Of a DNA stretch of 64,000 nt, positions 9,280-17,946 are shown one piece after another (within the stretch, counting starts at the first letter, position 1; the number at the start of each line of letters is the position of its first letter). Below the pieces are notes generated by a model. The model searched no databases and was not told the DNA's origin. It saw only the letters and a list, made by a program, of their open reading frames with translations. The stretch comes from Alphaproteobacteria bacterium (GTDB taxonomy: Bacteria; Pseudomonadota; Alphaproteobacteria; RF32; CAG-239). Location of the stretch: assembly GCA_045633945.1 (NCBI GenBank), contig JAZQZH010000003.1:250-64249 (forward strand), given 5' to 3'. The position numbers and the translations under genes were made by a program.

Positions 9280-10254
9280 ATGTCTGAGATTTCTGTTATT
9301 GGTTCTGGTCGCTGGGGGACTTTTTTAGCTTGGTATGCTGCAAATTACTGTAAGATGGATCGTGTGAAAATTTATAGCAGACCAGATGCACCAGATTTTA
9401 TAGAGCTACAACAAACACGTAAAAATCCATATTTAAGTTTGAGCGATAATATGTTTTTATATGATCATATCTCAGATGTTTTAGATAATGATTTTATCAT
9501 TATATCTATTGGATGTCAGCACTTGCGTGCACTATCAAAAGAATTAAATGAATATAACATTGCTGGTAAAACCTTTTTATTGGCAATGAAAGGACTAGAA
9601 GAGACAAATGCTACCATCTTAAGCGATGTGATGAGAGAGGAGATCTCGCAACCAATTCATATTGCAATATTAGGAGGTCCAGGCCACGTTCAAGATTATA
9701 TGAGAGGTGTACCATCGTGTGCTGTAATTGATAGTGATGAGCTAGAGACAAAAGACAGAGCTATAAAGACAATGCAAAGTGATTTAATTCGTTTTTACTA
9801 TGGAGCAGATTTTGTAGGTAATCAGATTGGAGCAGCTCTAAAAAATGTTATAGGAATTGCAGCTGGTATTTTAGATGGGTTGGAATGGTATGGTTTGAAA
9901 GGTGCGTTGATGGCAAGAGCTCCAATAGAAGTTGGTCGTTTTATTAAACACTTTGGAGGTAATCCACTTACTGCATATGGTCTATCACATCTTGGTGATT
10001 ATGAGGCGACGCTATTCTCAAAACATAGTCATAACCGTACATTTGGTGAAATGTTTGCTAAAGGTGAAAAATTTGGTAAATTAGCAGAAGGTTATTATAC
10101 ATTAAAGGCTGTAAAGAATATTGCTGATAAAGAGGATATTAGTATGCCAATCTGTCAAGCTTTATATAAGGCAATTTATGAGGGGGCAGATATTAAAGAG
10201 ACTATACGCTCTATGTTTGAAAGAGACTTAAAGCAAGAATTTGAACATTTCTAA
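9280..10254 (+). CDS. gpsA: NAD(P)H-dependent glycerol-3-phosphate dehydrogenase
   Basis: N-terminal Rossmann motif VIGSGRWGTFLA and the GAALKNVIGIAAGI motif. ATG 9280 has better RBS spacing than the track start at 9271. Confidence 0.85.
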   Translation: MSEISVIGSGRWGTFLAWYAANYCKMDRVKIYSRPDAPDFIELQQTRKNPYLSLSDNMFLYDHISDVLDNDFIIISIGCQHLRALSKELNEYNIAGKTFLLAMKGLEETNATILSDVMREEISQPIHIAILGGPGHVQDYMRGVPSCAVIDSDELETKDRAIKTMQSDLIRFYYGADFVGNQIGAALKNVIGIAAGILDGLEWYGLKGALMARAPIEVGRFIKHFGGNPLTAYGLSHLGDYEATLFSKHSHNRTFGEMFAKGEKFGKLAEGYYTLKAVKNIADKEDISMPICQALYKAIYEGADIKETIRSMFERDLKQEFEHF

Positions 10255-10255
10255 T

Positions 10256-10286
10256 AAAAAAAAGCCACCATTTTGGTGGTTTTTTA
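10256..10286. terminator. Bidirectional rho-independent terminator between gpsA and recF
   Basis: An A-run, then stem GCCACCA / TGGTGGT with a TTT loop, then a T-run. Confidence 0.7.
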
Positions 10287-11516
10287 GATAAAAGTTTCTT
10301 TTACAGTATTGTTGCTTACTTCAAAAAAATGAGAATAATCTTTGATGCTCGTAAATTCAAACATGTTTGTCGTTGTTAAAAATACTTGGGTGTTTAATGA
10401 CTGTAATTTAGATAAAAGTGCATCTTTTTTTGTTTCATCTAGGTGGGCAGCAATTTCATCAAGTAACATGATTGGAGGTATATTGTTATAATTAATAAGG
10501 CTTCTTGCTTGAGCGAGTATAATACTTAGAAGCATAGATTTTTGCTCGCCAGTAGAGCATAGATTCGCGGGGATATTTTTCTTTTTATAAATTGCTTTCA
10601 CATCAGTTTTATTTATGCCGAAGGATTCGTTATTATACAAAATTGATCTGCGTTGATTTAATAGCGATTCTCTATAAAAATCTTCAACATATATTGCCGG
10701 TTTTTCATCTAGTAGTTTCTCTATAGTTCCGTCAAGCATAAGCGTTGCTTCAGGGAAAATGTCATCAGGATTCTTTTCCATGAAATTATTAAGCTGTTCG
10801 ATTTGTTCTTTGCGAGCACAGGCAATAGCAACACCAATACATGCTATTTGTTCTTCAAGTGATACTAGCCAACGATTATTTATATTTCCTGATTTGAGTA
10901 TTTGTAGCCACTGTCTATATACATTGTCAAAACTAGAAAGTCTTTTGGAGTGATTGTTGTCGAATGAACAAACGATTCTATCTATGAAATTGCGTCTATT
11001 TTGAGAGCTTGACTGGAATAATCGATCCATTTGAGGGGTAACCCAAACTAAAGATAGATAATTTCCTAGTTCGCTTTGTGATGTTAATTTTTGATTATTT
11101 ACTTGCACAATTCTGCGTTCTATTTCTTTAGTTTTTTGATAATCTAATTCTTTTACTAGGCTCTCGACTGCTGTTCCTATTTGGTATTCTTCGCCAGCTT
11201 GCTGAATTGTGCCCGATACCGCCCATCCATTATTGTTTATGAAAACGGGAGATGGTTGTCGCTCAGCTAGGAAATCGTAAGTTTTAATCTCAGAAAGTTT
11301 TGCTCCGCGCAAACCTTTGCCTTGTGATAAAAAAGAAATTGCTTCCAATATATTTGTCTTGCCGCTTCCGTTTTCACCGTATAAAACGATAAATGGTTTT
11401 TCAAAGTTTAGGCGAAGATATTTATAGTTTCTAAAATTAACTAAGGTCAGGCGCCTTAATTGGGGCCGGACCTTAGTTGTAAAATTGAAATTATCAATAC
11501 AAATAGCGCTATCCAC
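10284..11516 (-). CDS. recF: DNA replication and repair protein RecF
   Basis: Walker A LYGENGSGKTNILEAISFL and the C-terminal signature LLDEIAAHLD. Synteny is dnaA-dnaN-recF. Confidence 0.9.
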   Translation of the reverse strand: MDSAICIDNFNFTTKVRPQLRRLTLVNFRNYKYLRLNFEKPFIVLYGENGSGKTNILEAISFLSQGKGLRGAKLSEIKTYDFLAERQPSPVFINNNGWAVSGTIQQAGEEYQIGTAVESLVKELDYQKTKEIERRIVQVNNQKLTSQSELGNYLSLVWVTPQMDRLFQSSSQNRRNFIDRIVCSFDNNHSKRLSSFDNVYRQWLQILKSGNINNRWLVSLEEQIACIGVAIACARKEQIEQLNNFMEKNPDDIFPEATLMLDGTIEKLLDEKPAIYVEDFYRESLLNQRRSILYNNESFGINKTDVKAIYKKKNIPANLCSTGEQKSMLLSIILAQARSLINYNNIPPIMLLDEIAAHLDETKKDALLSKLQSLNTQVFLTTTNMFEFTSIKDYSHFFEVSNNTVKETFI

Positions 11517-12635
11517 TTAAATTCTCATAGGCATTAAAACATAAATTGCGCTATTATCAGAAGTGTCATTTATTACAGTTGCGGCAGAATTGCCAGATAA
11601 ACTAAAACGTACTTCTTCTCCTTTTATTTGAGCTAAAATATCCAATAAATAACGGAAATTATATCCTGTATCCATTGTTTCTTTGTCATATTTAGCTTCT
11701 AACTCTTCTGTTGCATTTCCAAGTTCAGCATTTGAGGCAACAATTGTAACATGGTTTGTGTTTGCAATCAATCTTATGCCCCTGCTTCTTTCTGTAACAA
11801 CTGAAACACGGTCAACTGCAGCAGCAAGTTCTTTTACATTAACTTCTAAAATCTTGTCATTATCTGTTGGGATAACGCGCTCATAATCAGGAAATGTGCC
11901 GTCAATAAGTTTTGAAGTCAATGTTATGTCATCAAAAGAAATGCGCACTTTGTTTTCAGATAAAGACATTTGAACATTTTCAATGGAAGCATCATCTAGA
12001 AGCTTTCTTATTTCTAATACTGACTTTCTTGGGATGATAACACCTTCAAGTTTTTCTGCTCCTTGAGGTAAGGGCGATTCGGCGCATGCAAGTCTATGGC
12101 CGTCAGTTGCAACCACTCTTAAAACATTTGTTTCACCTTCTGTTTTTGCATGAACATACAAACCATTGAGGTAATAACGAGCTTCTTCAACAGATGCAGA
12201 GAATTGTGTGCGATCAATTAAAGTCTTTAATTCGTCTTTATTTATCTCAAAATTAATAGGAAGGTTGTCTCCAGAAATAACAGGAAAATCTTCAACGCCA
12301 ATAGTAGACAAAGAAAATTTAGAACGACCCGAGGAAATTCTTAGTAAACCTTTTTCATCTGGGTAAGTGATTTCAATGTCTGAACCATCAGAAAGTTTTC
12401 TAACAATGTCGTAAAGCATGTGTGCTGGAGCAGTAGTTGCTCCTTCTTCAGCAATATTTGCTTCAACAATCTCAGTTATTTCAATATCCATATCTGTTGC
12501 TTTAAAACTGATTACAGAATCTTTTGCTTCGATTCTAACGTTTGAAAGAACAGGTATAGTGTTTCTTTTCTCAACAATGCTCTGTACATGGCTGAGAGTC
12601 TTTAAAAAATGTGCGCGTTCTATTGTAAATTTCAT
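11517..12635 (-). CDS. dnaN: DNA polymerase III beta sliding clamp
   Basis: MKFTIERAHFLKTLSHVQSIVEKRNTIPVLSNV... is a typical DnaN N-terminus. The track ORF extends 17 codons further upstream to 12686. Confidence 0.9.
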   Translation of the reverse strand: MKFTIERAHFLKTLSHVQSIVEKRNTIPVLSNVRIEAKDSVISFKATDMDIEITEIVEANIAEEGATTAPAHMLYDIVRKLSDGSDIEITYPDEKGLLRISSGRSKFSLSTIGVEDFPVISGDNLPINFEINKDELKTLIDRTQFSASVEEARYYLNGLYVHAKTEGETNVLRVVATDGHRLACAESPLPQGAEKLEGVIIPRKSVLEIRKLLDDASIENVQMSLSENKVRISFDDITLTSKLIDGTFPDYERVIPTDNDKILEVNVKELAAAVDRVSVVTERSRGIRLIANTNHVTIVASNAELGNATEELEAKYDKETMDTGYNFRYLLDILAQIKGEEVRFSLSGNSAATVINDTSDNSAIYVLMPMRI

Positions 12636-12746
12636 TATTTTTATCCTAAAAAAAAGACTTATTTTTTTCTTCCTACACTTTATCATAAATCAATAAAATC
12701 AGAAGATAAAAAATAAGTCTTCAACAAGTTTTTTTTGTTTAAGAAG

Positions 12747-14201
12747 TTAGTTTTCTAGAGTCCTTCTTAAGATTTCAATATTCTCTGCCAAAGATTGATC
12801 TTCAACTATCAATTCTTCGACTTTTCTTACTGCGTGCATAACTGTTGTGTGGTCTCTGTCGAACTTGCGTCCGATTTCTGGTAATGAACGAGATGTAAGC
12901 TGTTTTGCAAGATACATAGCCACTTGACGAGGTCTTGCTACAGTGCGTGCACGACGTGAAGATTGTAGCTCTTTAACCGATATATTAAAGTGTTCGGCAA
13001 CTTTCTTCTGTATTTCATCGATAGTTGTTTTTCTATCAATAGAGCGAAGCATGTCTTTTAATACATCTTGTGTCATATCAAGAGTGATTTCTTTTCCTGA
13101 AAGCAGTAAAGAGTGAGCGGCTACAACCCTTGTTAAAGATCCTTCTAATTCTCTAATATTTGAAGTTATTTTTTGCGCTAAAAACTCAGCAACTTTTGTT
13201 GGTAGGTTGATGTCTAGTAATTCTGCCTTTTTCTTTAAGATTCCCATTCTTAAGTCAAAGTCTGTTGGTTTGATGTCAACAACAAGGCCACCAACGAGTC
13301 TGGATTTTAATCTTTCTTCGATTCCTTCTAAATCTGTAGGTGATTTGTCTGCAGCGATAATTACTTGCTTGCCTTCTCCAACAAGAGAGCTAAATGTGTG
13401 GAAGAATTCTTCTTGAGTTGTTCCTTTGTTGCCCATAAATTGGAAGTCATCAACCATTAAAACGTCAACTGAACGGAATTGCTCTTTGAATGCTGTCGTG
13501 TCTTTATATCTTAAGGCTTTTACGAATTTGTAAACAAACTGTTCAGCGGTTAAATAAACAACGTTACGTTCAGGATTATTTTTCTTAATATGCCAAATTA
13601 TTGAGTGCATTAAGTGTGTTTTCCCGAGGCCAACGCTAGAATATAAAAACAAAGGATTGAAAGAGATAGATTTAGATTCTGCAACTTTTTTTGCTACTGC
13701 AAAAGCAAATTCATTTGTATTTCCTACAACAAAGTTTTCAAATGTATAATTTGGGTTTGGAAAGGCTGTGTTATTTGCTGCTTTTGGGGTTTCGTTTACA
13801 ACGCTTGGACCACTAACAAGACCAAAAGAACTGCTGTTAATATTGCCGCCATAAATATTTTGCGGTGTTGGTGTTGTTGATATCTTTTTTAATAAAGAAG
13901 TATCAGAGCTGCGTCTGTTGTTAAATCCAGCGTGAACAACAAAGTTAATTTTCTTTACTTCAGGATTTTGTTGTTCCCAAATTTTGTTAATTCTTTCAGA
14001 ATAGTGAGTAACAACCCAGTTCTTCATAAAAGCGGTTGGAGCGCAAATGTTCATAATGCCTTCGTTAAAATCTCCAACGGTAAGTGGTTTTAGCCAACTA
14101 TCGAATGCAGTTTCACCAAACTCCATTTTTAATTGACTGCAAATCTGTTCCCATTGTAAATCAATTGAACGATTTTCACTTACTAAAGCTTCTTCTGTCA
14201 T
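12747..14201 (-). CDS. dnaA: Chromosomal replication initiator protein DnaA
   Basis: AAA+ Walker A YSSVGLGKTHLMHSI, followed by VLMVDDFQF and the C-terminal DNA-binding helix RDHTTVMHAVRKV. ATG 14201 is preceded by GGGAGA; the track start is 14240. Confidence 0.9.
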   Translation of the reverse strand: MTEEALVSENRSIDLQWEQICSQLKMEFGETAFDSWLKPLTVGDFNEGIMNICAPTAFMKNWVVTHYSERINKIWEQQNPEVKKINFVVHAGFNNRRSSDTSLLKKISTTPTPQNIYGGNINSSSFGLVSGPSVVNETPKAANNTAFPNPNYTFENFVVGNTNEFAFAVAKKVAESKSISFNPLFLYSSVGLGKTHLMHSIIWHIKKNNPERNVVYLTAEQFVYKFVKALRYKDTTAFKEQFRSVDVLMVDDFQFMGNKGTTQEEFFHTFSSLVGEGKQVIIAADKSPTDLEGIEERLKSRLVGGLVVDIKPTDFDLRMGILKKKAELLDINLPTKVAEFLAQKITSNIRELEGSLTRVVAAHSLLLSGKEITLDMTQDVLKDMLRSIDRKTTIDEIQKKVAEHFNISVKELQSSRRARTVARPRQVAMYLAKQLTSRSLPEIGRKFDRDHTTVMHAVRKVEELIVEDQSLAENIEILRRTLEN

Positions 14202-14610
14202 ATATCCATCTCCCACATTAGATATTTTACATAAAATCATAGTTTTTTTATTAATAAAGAATACGTCAAACGAGATGTAAGAAATTTGTATTTATTGATA
14301 AATGCTATTGTCTTATAGATGATTCGTTTTTCGTATATCTTTGTTAATTATAATCAAAATAATTATTTAAACCATCAATGCGATAATTAAAATGCTGCAA
14401 ACATTTTTAACCATTGACTAGAACTCCAGGTTCATCTTTAGTAAAAACACATAAAAACAGAATATTTAACGTTTGAACGTTTTTATATGTAATAACTTTC
14501 TCCCTCTGAGTTGGAATAAGTTAAACAAGTAGTTTTTGATTTCTTAAAGCAATCTTGCTTCTATTTATCTTTATACTTGTTTTGTAACTTGATTGAACCA
14601 TATTAGTGAT

Positions 14611-14619
14611 TGTGGATAA
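14611..14619 (-). promoter_or_regulatory. Consensus DnaA box (TTATCCACA on the minus strand)
   Basis: The plus strand reads TGTGGATAA exactly. Confidence 0.5.
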
Positions 14620-14705
14620 ATACAAACATTTTTTTTAACTATTTTTAAATAAAATCGCTTGACATAGATTCTTGAATAGATTCGAGATAACTGGTTGAAA
14701 AATAA

Positions 14706-14745
14706 AGAAAAAAACGCAAACGCCACCTCTTAGTGAACGTTTGCG
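14706..14745 (-). terminator. Rho-independent terminator downstream of rpsT
   Basis: Stem CGCAAACG (14715-14722) pairs with CGTTTGCG (14738-14745). A U-run follows on the minus strand. Confidence 0.6.
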
Positions 14746-14770
14746 CTCGATTAAGAAAAAAACAATAAAA

Positions 14771-15031
14771 TTAGAGAGCTTTTACTTTTTGATTTAAACG
14801 AGAGATTGTACGAGATGCTTTGTTTTTATGGAAAACACCTTTTTGCGCAGCTCTCATCATTTCGCTTTCTGCAACTTTAAGAGCGGAAACCGCTAACTCT
14901 TTATCACCCGCTAATACGGCAGCAATAACTTTCTTAACGAAAGTTCTAACTCTACTTCTGCGAGCACCGTTGATGATGCTTCTTTTATTGTTTCTGTTTA
15001 TTCTTGTTTTTGCCGATTTATGATTGGCCAT
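14771..15031 (-). CDS. rpsT: 30S ribosomal protein S20
   Basis: MANHKSAKTRINRNNKRSIINGARRSRVRTFVKKV... is the canonical S20 N-terminus. The track ORF starts 11 codons upstream. Confidence 0.9.
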   Translation of the reverse strand: MANHKSAKTRINRNNKRSIINGARRSRVRTFVKKVIAAVLAGDKELAVSALKVAESEMMRAAQKGVFHKNKASRTISRLNQKVKAL

Positions 15032-15134
15032 ATTTTTAATCCTGTCAAAATTTAAGTTAAACACAAATAAAATTCTGAAACACTTATACTCTATAATCTG
15101 TGATAGTCAACTAATTTTTTAAAAAAAAATGAAA

Positions 15135-15503
15135 TTAATTCCTATTTTTTAAGCTGATAGTGATTTTTAGAGGTTTTTGACCAGTGTTTTGAAACTCAAG
15201 AATGTTGTTTTCTCTATAAAAAATGAGCTTATTATTGGTATTTTTGTGTAGATTCCATCCAAATTGAGGAAGAGTCTCTAAATAAAATTTTTTAAATTCT
15301 TCAAAATTTAGTTTCTTTTTTGCGTGGAGATTTGTTTCAATATATCCTGTTTCTTCATTATTAAAAGTTATGTCGTTATCAATTGATTGATACATGTTAC
15401 TATGTAGCGGAATATCTTCAAATCCTTCTATGAATTGGAAGTTGTTAGCTAGAGTGTTGCTTGATATGATGAGTGAAAAAACAAAAATATAATACTTAAA
15501 CAT
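15135..15503 (-). CDS. Small secreted protein, weak paralogue of the lipoprotein at 63443-63901
   Basis: Signal peptide MFKYYIFVFSLIISSNTLA. It shares the pattern F-x-DIP...F-x(2)-[FY]Y...P-x(2)-GW with the other protein. Confidence 0.5.
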   Translation of the reverse strand: MFKYYIFVFSLIISSNTLANNFQFIEGFEDIPLHSNMYQSIDNDITFNNEETGYIETNLHAKKKLNFEEFKKFYLETLPQFGWNLHKNTNNKLIFYRENNILEFQNTGQKPLKITISLKNRN

Positions 15504-15510
15504 TGTGGCC

Positions 15511-16350
15511 TCATTTTTGTAGAGTTTTACAATAAAACGTGGAACGTCCTCCTTGAGAGGTTTTGGCGATTCCTTTTGTTTTATTTAAGTTGCAAACACA
15601 GTCTGGACAGGGTTTACCTGTTTTGTTGTAAACACAATGCTGGTTTTGAAAATATCCTGTTGAGCCATCTGGTTTTCTATAATCTCTAAGAGTTGAACCA
15701 CCTGCTTTAATAGCTTTTTTGAGAGTTTTTATTATAGCTTCAATTAATTTTGATATCTCATCATAGGATAAAGATGAGCTTTCTCTGAAAGGAGAAATAC
15801 GAGCATCGTATAGTGCTTCTGAAGCATAAATATTTCCAATGCCTGTTATTATTGATTGATCTAATAATGCTATTTTTATAGGTGTTTTTTTATTTTTTAG
15901 CTTTTCTATTAAATACTCTGATGTTAGATTCGTGTTAAAGGGGTCGATTCCCATATGATTAAATAAATGATGAGTAGAAATTTCATCTGTTTTTGCGTAT
16001 GTTAATAGGCCAAAACGTCTAGCGTCATTGTATACAATCTCTTTATTTGATAGCTTGAAAATTACATGGTCATGTTTTTCATATATATTAGTTGGATTCT
16101 CTATGAATTTAACTTTGCCACTCATGCCAAAGTGCCAAATAATACTATACCCATTATTTAAATCCATAATAACGTATTTCGCTAATCGCCATATTTTAAG
16201 TATAGTTGTATTTTTTATAATATTTTCGAAATCTGAAGGTATTTCTTCTCTAAAGCTGCGATTCTTAACTGTGATATCATCAACTTTAGTGTTTAAAACA
16301 GCTTTTTTTAATGCTTCTTTTATAGTTTCGACTTCTGGTAATTCTGGCAT
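15511..16350 (-). CDS. mutM: Formamidopyrimidine-DNA glycosylase
   Basis: N-terminal MPELPEVETI and a C-terminal zinc finger CPDCVCNL...YCKTLQ. Confidence 0.9.
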   Translation of the reverse strand: MPELPEVETIKEALKKAVLNTKVDDITVKNRSFREEIPSDFENIIKNTTILKIWRLAKYVIMDLNNGYSIIWHFGMSGKVKFIENPTNIYEKHDHVIFKLSNKEIVYNDARRFGLLTYAKTDEISTHHLFNHMGIDPFNTNLTSEYLIEKLKNKKTPIKIALLDQSIITGIGNIYASEALYDARISPFRESSSLSYDEISKLIEAIIKTLKKAIKAGGSTLRDYRKPDGSTGYFQNQHCVYNKTGKPCPDCVCNLNKTKGIAKTSQGGRSTFYCKTLQK

Positions 16351-16425
16351 AAAATCCTCACAATCATATTAATAAGATAAATGAAAAATATTTTATGAGA
16401 ATATAAAGTTTGTCTTATGCACTAA

Positions 16426-16671
16426 TTATTTATTTGTATGGTCTTTAGCTTCTTTTAAAGCATCTTCCAAATTAATGTTTAGGCAAGATGATAACATAAA
16501 AAGAGATCTAAGCGTAGGACTGTTTTGACCGTTCTCAATAAGAGTTATTGCAGTTCTACTCATCCCTGTTTTTTGTGATATTTCTAATTTAGATATACCA
16601 AGCTCTATCCTCTTATACTTAAGGATATTGACGATTTTTTGTGATAAAATTTCAGCTTCTTCTCTATTCAT
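16426..16671 (-). CDS. XRE-family helix-turn-helix transcriptional regulator (81 aa)
   Basis: HTH_3 pattern LKYKRIELGISKLEISQKTGMSRTAITLIENGQNSPTLRSLFMLSSCLNINL. Confidence 0.8.
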   Translation of the reverse strand: MNREEAEILSQKIVNILKYKRIELGISKLEISQKTGMSRTAITLIENGQNSPTLRSLFMLSSCLNINLEDALKEAKDHTNK

Positions 16672-16687
16672 ACTTTTAGAATATGAG

Positions 16688-16723
16688 TTGACAATTTTAT
16701 TTTAAATGTAATTATAATTACAT
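16688..16723 (+). promoter_or_regulatory. Candidate sigma70 promoter (TTGACA, 19-nt spacer, TATAAT) with an overlapping perfect 18-bp palindromic operator
   Basis: TTGACA at 16688-16693 and TATAAT at 16713-16718. The palindrome ATGTAATTATAATTACAT at 16706-16723 lies in the 72-bp divergent intergenic region. Confidence 0.45.
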
Positions 16724-16743
16724 CAAAATTAAAGGGAGCGCTA

Positions 16744-17313
16744 ATGAACTATTCGATTCTTAATGTGTCAAAGTTTGTATCTAAAGGTTCAACAAGGATA
16801 TGCTTTGAACATCCTAATAATGAAACATTATGTGTTAAAGTTGTTTCTCGTTTTAAAGATGAATATATGCTATCTAAAGAGCTAAATACTTATAAAGAAA
16901 TAAAGTATGCCCTAAAAGATTATCTTGTAAAATATGAAGAAAAATTAGTAGATACAAATTTAGGAAAAGGAATTGTTTGTAATCTATTAAGAGATGATGA
17001 TAATAGTTATTCAAAGAGTTTGAGTTTTTATAAAGATAAACTGGATGAAGAAATAATAAAGCAATTATGGCATTTTGCATATAAGTTAATAGATAATGAT
17101 ATATTCTTTTATGATTTTAATTTAGATAACTTTATCATTCAAATTAAACATAAAAAAAAGAAGTTATATTATACAGATATAAAGAGCTTTAATCATTATA
17201 AGCCTTTTGTTTATCTAAGATTGGAGCGGTTTATTCCTTTTATTGCAAGGAGTATAATGATAAGGCGTTTGAAAAGATTATTTAAAAATCTTGGGATAGA
17301 TAATTTAAAATAA
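16744..17313 (+). CDS. YrbL-family (PhoP regulatory network, kinase-like fold) protein
   Basis: VSKGSTRICFEHPNNETLCVKVV...KELNTYKEI is colinear with E. coli YrbL (LGTGRHRKCYAHPEDAQRCIKIV...RELKYYAHL), recalled from memory. Confidence 0.55.
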   Translation: MNYSILNVSKFVSKGSTRICFEHPNNETLCVKVVSRFKDEYMLSKELNTYKEIKYALKDYLVKYEEKLVDTNLGKGIVCNLLRDDDNSYSKSLSFYKDKLDEEIIKQLWHFAYKLIDNDIFFYDFNLDNFIIQIKHKKKKLYYTDIKSFNHYKPFVYLRLERFIPFIARSIMIRRLKRLFKNLGIDNLK

Positions 17314-17337
17314 AATATTGTTTGACGAGGGGGATTT

Positions 17338-17946
17338 TTGCTATATAATCACCCAGATTATAATTTTTTAATCTGGGAAAATATAGTGATAAAAACAACA
17401 TCAACCAAAAGAGCTCGTAAATATTTTGCACCTCAAAATGAGGGGGTTGAACATGTTTGCAATCATCCTGGGTGTAATAAAAAAGGAGAGTTTAAGGCTC
17501 CTAAAGATAGAAATTTAAAAGAATATTATTGGTTCTGCCTAGAGCATGTTCAAGAATATAATTCTAAGTGGAATTATTATATGAACAATAATGAAGAACA
17601 AGAGGATGAGCACGAAGCTTTTCGTAAAAAGGCAAGATTTAGTAGTTTCCATTCAAGGATTAAGTATAAATTTGGATGTGATCTTAATGAAGAACTAGAA
17701 TTTTTACGTGGATTTAATAATTATAAAAATGCTGCAGATGAAGTGCGTTTTTCAAAAAATGATAGAAAAAAAATGCAAGAGCTAAGTATTAGTATTGATG
17801 ATTTTAGTGTCGAAAATTTGAAAAAACAATATAAGAAACTTGCTAAAACATGTCATCCAGATCTTCATCCAGATGATAAGGAAGCTGAAGAGAAATTCAA
17901 GAGACTAACTATTGCGTACAAAGAGCTTTTAGAAAAATTATCCTAA
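17338..17946 (+). CDS. J-domain protein with an N-terminal Cys/His cluster
   Basis: C-terminal J domain [38 protein letters not shown] (HPD motif). The N-terminal part carries [12 protein letters not shown]...FCLEH. Confidence 0.75.
   Translation: MLYNHPDYNFLIWENIVIKTTSTKRARKYFAPQNEGVEHVCNHPGCNKKGEFKAPKDRNLKEYYWFCLEHVQEYNSKWNYYMNNNEEQEDEHEAFRKKARFSSFHSRIKYKFGCDLNEELEFLRGFNNYKNAADEVRFSKNDRKKMQELSISIDDFSVENLKKQYKKLAKTCHPDLHPDDKEAEEKFKRLTIAYKELLEKLS

Larger units (their letters stand above)
14241..14770. promoter_or_regulatory. Largest intergenic region in the window (530 bp): dnaA promoter/control region and candidate replication origin
   Basis: Very AT-rich. It contains one perfect DnaA box, one 2-mismatch box (TATTGATAA at 14293-14301) and a TTAACCAT CtrA-type half-site at 14407-14414. 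Confidence 0.35.
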
